This document shows, piece by piece, positions 27,099-37,400 of a stretch of DNA of 64,000 nucleotides; within the stretch, counting starts at the first letter, position 1, and every line of letters starts with the position of its first letter. The position numbers and the translations under genes are program-made. Where the stretch lies: positions 178,295 through 242,294 of the forward strand of contig JBILHA010000002.1 in assembly GCA_044350705.1 (NCBI GenBank), in the 5' to 3' direction. Origin of the DNA: Candidatus Kapaibacterium sp. GTDB lineage: Bacteria > Patescibacteriota > Patescibacteriia > UBA9934. The notes under the pieces were generated by a model. That model worked only from the letters and a program-made list of their open reading frames with translations. It was not told the DNA's origin and searched no databases.

Positions 27099-27455
27099 AA
27101 CCCCCCTCCGGGGGAGGGCTTGGGAGGGGGCCCGGACTCTCATATAAGCCTCTGCGTTTCCCTTTATTCCCACCAGAAATCCCCGCGTTTCCATGAGAAA
27201 TCCCTGCGTATCCTCGCAAAATTCCCTTCACTTGCCTCTTTTCCCCACCCCACCTTGACCCCCCTCATTTATCCACTCTTTTTCCCAAAACTTGCTTTTT
27301 TTCAAAATTTTCTGTTATATTAGCGCTGTCTAGGCATCTCCTGCGGCGCAAGCCGAGGTGAGAAGCCAAAACACGTACCTTAAACAACACCACCCCACCC
27401 ACCCGGTAAGTGCCGGGAAAGGTGTCGTGGGCAGTCCATGAGTAAGGAGAGCGCC

Positions 27456-28205
27456 ATGCGCATCTTGATTCTGGCCGCCCTGCTGGGCGGCTGCGGGGGA
27501 TCCTCCCCCGACCTCGCCAACGGCGAGGTCGGCAACGACGGCAACGACACCAACCCGGATGACAAGACCGGCAAGGCCACCCTGTCCTACACCGTCTCGG
27601 TGATGGGCAAGGTCGAGCCCTGCAAGATCAACATCGAGTGCGAAGACATCGACCTGCTGACGGTCTCCTCCGGAGAAATCGTCGAAGTCGATGTCCCCGC
27701 CTCGTGCGTGATCTCTGCGGGTCTCCTGGACTACACCGACATCTTCGGGTACCCCGTCCACCTGGGCGAAGATGGCGAGTACTGGGCGGCAACCCCGCTC
27801 ACGCTCGACCTCGAGCCCCAGGACGAAATCCTGGATCAGTTCATCACCTTCAACGTCTTCGAGCCCGGCTACTACGACTGCGAGTACGACAAGTACGAGC
27901 TGGATGAGTCCGCCGGAGATCTCAAGGGCGAGCAGTGGATGGAGGACCATCCGGTGGACGAGCAGTTCATCGAGGTCGGCCAGGACGGCATCGTCGAGAT
28001 CGAGGGCAACAACGAAACCCTCGATGTCGTCGGTGGACCCCAAAGCCACCTGCAGACGGTCGACGACGGTCTCGTCCTCGTGGTGGCTGGTGAGGAAATC
28101 CCCTACTACATCGCCGAGTCCGACATCGGCGTTGACAACTTCTCCCTCACGGTGGTCAACACCGAGTTGGGACATGTGTCCGACGTCCGGTGCGAGCTGG
28201 ACTAG
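27456..28205 (+). CDS. Acidic lipoprotein of unknown function; very high GC3
   Basis: AAGGAG SD, MRILILAALLGGC lipobox, codons almost all G/C-ending. Confidence 0.88.
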   Translation: MRILILAALLGGCGGSSPDLANGEVGNDGNDTNPDDKTGKATLSYTVSVMGKVEPCKINIECEDIDLLTVSSGEIVEVDVPASCVISAGLLDYTDIFGYPVHLGEDGEYWAATPLTLDLEPQDEILDQFITFNVFEPGYYDCEYDKYELDESAGDLKGEQWMEDHPVDEQFIEVGQDGIVEIEGNNETLDVVGGPQSHLQTVDDGLVLVVAGEEIPYYIAESDIGVDNFSLTVVNTELGHVSDVRCELD

Positions 28206-28327
28206 GCGTGGGTGGGGGTCGCGTACCCCCGGTTCCGCAGCAGCGGGGCCGGGGGTCGCATCTTTTTTTGGGGAAGTAAGGAGTGAAAGGAAGGGTGAAC
28301 TTTTTATACTATTTCGTGTGGGAACGT

Positions 28328-28378
28328 TGGATTCCGGGTCCCCTCGGAGACCTCGGGGCAATGCAAGTCCGGAATGAC
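28328..28378. repeat. REP-like palindrome TGGATTCCGGGTC..AAGTCCGGAATGAC with a 24-nt insert
   Basis: Same element without the insert at 58366-58392. Confidence 0.7.
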
Positions 28379-28406
28379 AGAGCTCCAATCGGAACACCTA
28401 TCTCTA

Positions 28407-28440
28407 AATCAAAAACAGCTCATCTGAGCTGTTTTTGATT
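28407..28440. terminator. Bidirectional intrinsic terminator
   Basis: aatcaaaaacagctca-tc-tgagctgtttttgatt. Confidence 0.8.
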
Positions 28441-31400
28441 TACGGAGTTACCGTGATGACTCCATCGTACTCCACCCAAGGATTTATCGAGGAGTTTTGT
28501 TCTGGGTAAATTCCGTATGAACACTCGCTGTAATCCATTGTACTGGACGCATTGGCATCGTTGTACATTCCCACAAAGCATCCGCCTGGACTTGTCGTTC
28601 CATAGCTTGAAGTGCTTGATTCGATTGCGTTTCCATCCGTACATGTTCCCGTACACCAGCCCCAGTTGTCGCGGACGTGGACGCGGGGACGGAAGACGCA
28701 GGAATCTGCGGCATCGTCACCGGTTTCGTCGATCGCACAAGGGAACTCGTCGTATTCGCCGTCGCCATCGGTATCATCACAGCGGTCGCCACGAAGTACT
28801 TCTGATGTACAGGTATAGACGTGGTTGTAGTTGAAGTAGTACGGATCGCAGCTTTCATCGGTAAGACCCCATTCAGAATCAAGGTCACATTTTGATTCTT
28901 GCTGGCCGTCCTGCAAACCACGAGCGTTCTTGAAGTAGTTCTCGTCGTCATCTGATCCGGTTTGCATTCCGTCTCCCCAGTCAATCATGACCTGACGGAT
29001 AGGAAGCTGGTTCTTGTCTGCGGCCGCGTAGAACTTAATCGTCGCATTGAAGAACTGAATTCCGGATTGATCACCTGTTTCTTGACCGTTGAGGGTAATC
29101 GCACTCTGCGTTCCTTCTTCACACATAAGGCCGTCACTTGAACACGAACCGACATCGACCGCCCATACCGTTGGCGGAACTCCTTCTGCCGGACGGACGT
29201 CGTACGCTTCATCATCTGCATCATAGTCTGCCCATAGACTCGTCTCCGTAGGAAGAACGGAGAAATAATCTCCTACATCTTCCCAATCACCATCTATATA
29301 TTCTCGTTCACCTGTAAAGTCACCCTTCCAGATCCATAGGGCAGCATCTGCTACCGAAGCGAATACTTGCGTAATTGATTCAAGCGAGTACTGCAGTGGC
29401 TCTGAAGTCGCCGTATAGAAGTAGTATGAGGATGTATCTGATACGTATGCGTACGGATGTCCATCCCATCCATATCCCACACCGTCCCAGCTTCCTGTAA
29501 AGGTGAATGGAATATATGAGCGTGCTTGTAACAGCTCAGATGCAGGATCACCTAAGGTTCCTACGTCAGGATATCCGCTTGGGCACGAATCAAATGTAAC
29601 TCCCGTCGCAATCGTAATGTCGTCTCCTCCGTGATAGTTATCTGAGCACTGCGCTACATAGAATGGCGCTTCGTATTCCTGAACCGGCTTATCGAGATTG
29701 ATAGCGCCAAATATGCCTGGGGTTGTTTCTTGATTGTATTCAACATTGGAAGACAGGTCTGACTGCAGCGTATGTCCATTGTAAACACGATCCGTCCATG
29801 CATACGATCCTTCGTCATCAGATGAAACCTGCACTACTACAGAACATGCAATATTTTCATCCATAGCATCATGGAATCTGTCTGCATAGATTTCAGGAGC
29901 GTTCATCCAAAGATTTCGGTATCCGGTTCCTCCCGATGAGGACTCCGTATCGTCTGCACCGTCGCTTTGTGGATAGTCCGTAATATCTAGCACGTCATAG
30001 AAAATATCCGCCTCTGCGTATTCTCCTCCACGCATGTAAATACCGCGTACTTTACAGTCCTGATAATCATCTGCAACCGTGTCGAAATGACCGTAGGTTC
30101 TCTCCTCTGAATCGCTACTTCCGCTGCTCGTATCTCCTCCTCCTTCTTTTGGATTGAGCGATGCATACCAGACACGCGTTCCGTCATTACTCGTACCTTC
30201 ATTGGATATTCGACTATCTTCGCTTGGGTCACAAGACTCATAGTCGTACTCCACTTCCCCATCGCTTTCTACATATTTCGCAGAGTTCTCAGGAACGCAT
30301 ATATACGGACAGTCATTATCTCCCACGCCATCCCTACACGTATCAGCTGAGTAGTTATTACTCACTCCCGCACCACGGGCACGTGCTCCCATGATCGCAA
30401 AGAATCCCTCCGGGCAATGCACCGCCTGATCACAGGCCGCATCACTCGTGCTCCACGCATCCTCATCGTTACCCACACTACTATCATCACTCTCCGCACA
30501 TGCAACACCCTCCGTATATCCATCTTGAATTACGCTGCTTGGCGAAGGGGTGATCGTTGAGAATGCCTGTACGTCTGCACACATGTAAATATCTTCGAAG
30601 AATCCCGCGCTTGCGTACTTTGCCTGCAAGTCTGTATCTCCCTGTAGGCGGTCAACCGGCAACCAAGAGATACACGCCTGCTTTGTACGGTCGCCAAGGA
30701 TATTGAGCGACGTATCTTTCTCGAGACAGAAGCCATTCAAGCCGTAGATTACGTCTTCTCGGGTGGACTTTGCACAGGTCGATCCATCTCCACACTGCTC
30801 GTCTTCCGTGCAGTATCCTCCTGAACGCTCTCCACCCTGACATACACCCAATTGATCAGCTACCGCAATACAGGATCCGGATTCGCATGTGCTTCCATCA
30901 GTACATATTTCCCCTGCATCCGTATCCGCCTCTTCCTCACCATCTCCATCAAGATCACCTCCACAAATCGAGAATTCTGGATCCCAATCTTGGTTGTAGT
31001 ATCTCGTTTCCATCCCTTCTCCGAAGCTCACCTTGGTGTACGAACAGTCACATACTTCCCCATATGCACACGCTTCAACGTTCTCAAATCCCGAGAGAAG
31101 ATCGTAGGGCAATGCATCATACGTAGGATCGGTGTCAATCGTTCCTTGATCCGAAGGGTCATACCACGCTTCAACAACTTCATTTGGGAATGGACTCGTT
31201 CCCTCTGGGTATGCGCGACAAATCTTTCCTTCAGTAACGCCGTTTGCGTACGTTTCACCATCAGGCGTCAGCAAACACTTGCTATTGATACATGATCCGA
31301 GTTTGAGTTCGGCAGCGGGAATGAAGGTTTCTGCAGAGCTACAGGTGCTCGCTTCTGCGGTTTCACTATCGTAGTCTTCGATCGCCACGTCATTACCTAC

Positions 31401-34400
31401 TTCTGCACACGTACCGCTGTAACACGTTTGACCTTCTGAACAATCAGCTGCGGTCTGACAGAGTACCGGATTTCCACTGGCATCTTCGTCGAGGTCGTAA
31501 CATGCGCCAACAATACAGTCACCATCGCCGCATTGGTCGCTTGAAGCACATGCGGCACCGTTTGACGAGCAGTACCCCACTGCACACGCATTGCCATAAT
31601 CTTCCGAACAGCTTCCGGCATCAAGAACGAGCGCGTAGTCAACCTCATCAATGAGTCCTGCGGCTTCCGTCGCCTCTGGAGACATACAAATACCCGAACC
31701 CGCCATACATGCCTCTCCCACGGCTTCACACGAGGAGTCGCTGGCAAGCGAGGGGGAAGCTGTACTCGCACCATATACACAATATGCAATCGGGCTTACA
31801 TCAGCTTGACTCAGCGACTGCACGGGGAATAAATCAGGAATCGCCATGCCCGAGTATTCATTTCCATACCAAGAGGTATCGCGTGAGGCATACCACTCCT
31901 TATCAAAGAGCACATCTGGCTCTTCCATGTCCCACTCTGCGCAGGAGGAAGTTCCGGTTGTTGCATCGTAGTCGGTACAGAGCTCGATATCGGTACACGT
32001 GTTGATGAAGCTTGCGGTATCTTCGTCCCAACGTGGGTTATCGCTTGCACAGGCAAGCCATTCTGAACATGCACGGTCGCGATTTACTTTCAATACCGTG
32101 TTTACATCATTTTCTTGGCGAGGCACCCAATCGAAGTTTGCATTGAGTTCATCTTCCATCCATGCGCTAAATCCAAGCGATCCAAAAAGTCCTGGATCAA
32201 CACGTACCTGGGTTCCACACGTTACCGCTTCAACACTTCGTCCAGATTCACTTTCAACCAATGCACAGTCCGTAGAATCTACACAGGAGCCACCGAATAC
32301 GAAGAGGTCATCTCGATCGTAATCCCCCCCAAACGAGAGTTCGCTTGCGAGCTTTGCTCGATAGGTATCTCCATCGGTTAAATCGTATACCTCCCCGTAG
32401 TCATAAATACAGCGCGTAGCACAGAGGTCAATTTCAAGACCATCCGACGTGGTAATCGTTGTATCTCCCCCATTCTCACAATCGATAGGATCGACCAACC
32501 CGTATGGCTCGGTACCAAACAATTCATCAGCATGACGACTCGATACTTCCGTTGCAGAAGCATTTGCCGTAAGTGAGGTGCTGGACGTGTCATAGAACAT
32601 GGCACACCCGTTCTTGAGCGACACTTGTCCATCACACTTTTGACTATCCGAAAGGCCGTATTCACTTAGGGTGTCGTTGTTGAGATAGAAATAAGATGTT
32701 CCGTCGCTCATGCCGTAAATCTCCCCATCATCTTGCGCGAGGGTGTCCTGGAATTCGCTACAGGTGTCATAGGTTGCGTCACATGTTCCTGCCCAGCCGC
32801 CAAATCCAGCATCTCCGTTCTTCCAAATACCAGACTCATCCCCTCCAATGACATACGAAGGATTCTGCGCATTACAAGTCTCCCCCGATCCACAATCCGC
32901 GCTACTTCCACATGCATCTCCTTCATTTCCCCCGGAATCTTCACACGTTCCGTAACAGAAGTCCTGCGTTCCTTCGCGGAACCATCCGGTGTATCCCACC
33001 CCGTCTATCGTGACATCCGTGCGGTATTCACACTTTTGATCAAGCGGGTGCTTAAAGTAATACGTTGCCGCCTGGTTGGTTGTGAACGCATCACAGAAAA
33101 GCTCTTCATGGGCGCAGAGCGTGCTGTCGTATTCATCTGGAAGATTTAAGAAGTACACACTTTCTGCACCGTCCGTACTATTACGATCTTGATTCCAGTC
33201 TGGATCACCGAATTCTGTACATCCTGCAGCGGAAGCAGAGCACGTTACCTCGTCGGTCACCACCAAGAACATTGCCTGGTCTGCAGGCACGATGGTTGTT
33301 TCCGGTCCATACGAAACGGCAGTTTCGCCAAGTCCCCAAGCAGGCGTGAAGCCATCCATTGAGAAGAGACAGGAAGATTCACCTACCGCAATCGTACAAA
33401 GGTATGGCGAAGCCTCGTCGAAATCTGCCGAGGATTCATAGAAGTAATAACACGCGGTTGCCGATGTTGCAGTATCCGGCTCACTGTCTCCATCGTCGTC
33501 GATATTGTTACAGGTTGCGTTCACAGTTTTTGCCGTGTGACTTGCGCTTTCCTGGGTCTTGAAGAAGGCGTCGCATCCTACTTTGTCTTCATCACAGAGT
33601 GAGCTAAAGCTCTTGAGATACTCAGTCTCATCGTCTTGCGTCGTGTATTCCTGACAACCCAAGTAATACTGCGGGCTTGCATCTCCCGTGACCGATTGAT
33701 CGCACGACGCAGGGGTTACCCAAGAATCTCGGATCACCGTGATATTCTCCTCACCCTCTCGGAGAACGATATTGTCGACATATGCCGAACCCGTAGGCAC
33801 GAGCACAAGCGACGTACCCTCACCAAAACGTGGGTAATCCTCCGCATCCATGACGAGCGGTCCGAGAGTAATTTGCTGCCATCCGTCTTCAAGCTCTACT
33901 GCGCTATCAAATGCGAGATCAATAGAAGGAGATGAAGGATCTGCCTCAAAGTCAAAGCCTACCTCAAGCGTACCCGTTCCCTTTGCGACCACACTTACCG
34001 TGTAGGTTTTTCCGGCAAAGAGTTCGTTATGCAGCGTTCCGCAATAGCCATCATTCTCCGCTATCGTACATTCTCCACCAAAACTGAGCGCCGTACCCGC
34101 ACATCCTCCTTCGGTCGTACAGGTTCCCCCGTTATCTGCGATAAAGGAAGTGACCGGTCCGGTCATGAGCATGGAGTGCCCATCAGAAGCAAGTGATTCG
34201 TTACTGTAGGTCGCATATGAAGCTGATGCCGCATCCCATTGATTGAGCGTTCCGCTTTCAAAGATTTCTTCGAGCACTAAACGACTATTTCTGCTTCGAC
34301 CTCCTGCGTATGCACGACAACCGTTTGCCGAGGCATCACACGAGGTACTTTCTTCTGGGTAGCCGTAATAGCGACACTCTCCCGAGTCTCCCACGTAGTA

Positions 34401-37400
34401 TCCTCCTGAATCTTCACAAGTGATCTGTTGCGCTGCCGCTGTCTCCCCTGCGACTTCCGTCTTTCGGTATGCCTGACAGGAATTATGAATCGTCACGGTT
34501 TTTGTCCATTCTCGGTAATGAATGTTTCCGCTTTCGTCGTAGAATTCTCGACAATCTGCGTTCGTAAAGATATCTGCACGGGAGTTACAGTCTTCCGTAT
34601 CCCAATCGTAATAGCCGTCTCCATCATCATCAGCGGAGTCATTACAAGTAATGCCGTCATCGGTCGCGGTCCAGTTACTACAAGGCGCCAAGTTAGGAGC
34701 GGTATCGGTTACCCCATCGGTTCCTGTGTGCGTATAGCTTGAAGAACCGAGATCTGACTCCAAGAGCGTCCAGGTTTGCAGCTGATATCCGTCTTCATCT
34801 GATCCCTCCCAGGTGTAATATGTCGCTTCTGTTCCTGCAGCTTGTGTTTCAGTGACACATGCACGCAAGAAGCTGTAGTACTCCTGCTCTTCTGTTGCGA
34901 GGTTGGTAAATTCGTCACATCCCACTTCTTCAGCGGAACACTCAGTTGCGGTATCAGGAATGAAGTACACCGCATCTATTCCATCAGGTTCATAGAGCGT
35001 TGCCTCTTGGCGATAGGTGTCGTATCCCGCACACTCCGAAGGACAGCTATCTAACTCCGTTGCAATACCTGAAAGCGCAGGATCGCCGTTTGTTGGGGTG
35101 TACATCGTACATCCCATGTCTTGCTCGGAGCACACCTGTGCGTAGTTTGCACATTCCGCAGGATCATCTTCGCTTCCAGTACATCCAAGATATGCAGGCG
35201 CAACCTTTGCGACTACGGTCGTGTAGTCGGTGTCGCTATATCCATTTACTGGAGTAGACGTATCTTCCCCTTGTTCGAGCTGCATGCTATCAACATAGCC
35301 ATCGAATGCGAGAACGTATAAATCACCGAATACGCGCAATGACGGCTCTGGCAGAGGCGGAACGGTAAAGGTACAGCTAAAACGCTCATACGACGTTCCT
35401 TCCGGCTGCATGTTTTCAATTCCTACCCCGTCGGTTCTTGTTGCGCCAAAAATATCTACGTAGCTATCGTCACAATCTCCAATAATTGCCAGTCCTTCAA
35501 TATCAATGCCCGCTCCTTCTTCATCTTTCAATGCTAATCCTACGCTTACCGTATCGGTACCTGCATCGGTTGCTTGGCGCGCATAAAATGAAAGCGTGTA
35601 GGTACTTGCTTGCGTTAATTCAATACCAGGCTGATAGAGCGCTCCACGCCCACCGGATCCTGGAGAAATCGCCACCTCTCCCTCTCTTGCAACACTGCCA
35701 TCCAAAGAAACGGTTGAAGGCCATGAGGTTCCTGCAAGGTGATAATCAAACCAGCCGTCTGGACGGTCATCGCTGTCGTCATCCTCTTCAAAACTTGGGT
35801 TCAATACGACATTGAGGCGAAGATCGGTGTCGCGTTCGATCAGCGTGGAACATCCTCCTTCTTCTTCATCGCAATCTTCGATCTGACTATTGAAGTAGAT
35901 ACGAGATGCGTATGTTTCGCTGTCTGCATCCGCGCCTGCAATATCATCAATTGCCGCAAAAGCAAATGTTCCGTCATCTTGTTGCTCTTTTACCGTGTTA
36001 TACCAGCGACATCCTACGGTGTCCGAAGTACAAGGTCCGGGATCAACGGTATTCTTTAACAGCGCGATATCATCCCCCGCTGAATCTTCAAACACCAAAC
36101 AAGAAGCCGCGTATTCTGGACAGCTCTCTCCGCGGAATTGCCACGTATTTTCTTCTGCCACACAGTAGCCGTATCCTCCAATACAGTTTCCATTTTCATC
36201 CTCTGCGATACAGCTTGGCATATCCACACACACCTGTGCGCGTTCATCTGCCTCCTTGGTCAGCAAAAGTTCTCCATACGCCTGCATGCGGCACTGGGTA
36301 TCCGGGTACTTCAGCACCCAATCCGGATCGATCATTTTGCACCAGGGATGGTTATCATCCGGAAGGCCATCTGGACCGCAGGAGTTAAATCCGTTGATTA
36401 CCTCCTGAAGGGTAACCGGGCTTTCTGCAGAATTTGCTGAGGAATTTGCCGCAAGTTCCCATCCGATAGAAATTACGCGTGCTTTTCGAAGCTTTACCAA
36501 GTTTCCATAACAGAATCCATACGTGTAACAGAAAGCATCCTGGTTGCGAGCCGCGTCAGAGGAAGGAATGAGCGGCCAATCCCCATTCATAAGACCGTCA
36601 TCGATCGCTTCTTCAATGGTTAGGGGCGCCCCAGACTCTGCTCGTGCAATTGCTGATACAAAATTTGAATCCGCTACACAGTTATATAGTCCGCGCGTTG
36701 ATGAACCTGGGCAGGTAATAAACTCCGACAGAATACTGTAGTTCGTAATCTGCAACGGCGCTGCAGTGAGCAATGAGCGATACCGATCTGCCGCTGCCTG
36801 CTGCGTTCCGAGCGCAAAACTCTCAGGATCAAACGGATCAACCTGCGTCACGTCAAAATCAAAGAGCCCCATCCAAATGCGCTCCTGGAGCTTTGAAAGC
36901 AGGGTATTCGTAAATACACTTGCTGCATGTATTCCCACCTGTCTAATCAGGTCTTTATTTCCCAGCATGGCGAATGTTGCCTGCTGACGTACATCTCCAC
37001 TGTTTTTCTGCGCATCTTTTACCTGCGTTGAAAGGATATCAGCCGGAGTTTCTACATTTCCCGTAATAAAATCTACAATATCCTTAAATCCTCCATCATT
37101 GAGCTTTTTCTGTACACCGATCAGGGGAAGAAAAGTCGTTTCTCCAAAGACATCGGTATACACCCCAAGTCCCGCGCCAAACTCTGCCTTTTGGGGATCG
37201 TACATGTTGGCAAGTTCCGCAAGGACGAGCTGGTTTTTAAAAGGCGCTTTGTATCCCTCTAAATCTGCAATAAATGCCTGCCAAGTTCCTTCTGGACCAA
37301 ACATTTTGTTAAAGTCACATTTTGGCTCTGGACGATCGAAGACCCCCTTAATACCCAACTTGAACTGCAGCAAAATGTACGGGGTTGAAGGCGCACAAAG

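Larger units (their letters stand above)
26584..27131. mobile_element. DUF559 cassette flanked by inverted C/G-rich REP-like palindromes
   Basis: cccctcctggcctccccgatggggagg (26584-26610) and ccccctccgggggagggcttgggaggggg (~27101-27130). Confidence 0.55.

Noticed and set aside
24098-27213. Short direct repeats as a possible CRISPR array
   Set aside because: At most 2-4 degenerate units with no unique spacers of CRISPR length and no cas genes
26513-27277. Perfect DnaA box TGTGGATAA (26513-26521), a near match at 27269 and an AT-rich tract, suggesting oriC
   Set aside because: Only one or two boxes, no dnaA/dnaN nearby, and gene orientation bias does not switch across the site
26370-27323. 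317-aa plus-strand ORF across the DUF559 region
   Set aside because: Low-complexity translation running through palindromes and repeats, antisense to a clear DUF559 gene
27330-28397. 355-aa minus-strand ORF and 201-aa plus-strand ORF overlapping the lipoprotein gene
   Set aside because: Shadow ORFs caused by high GC3; the 27456-28205 frame has an SD and lipobox
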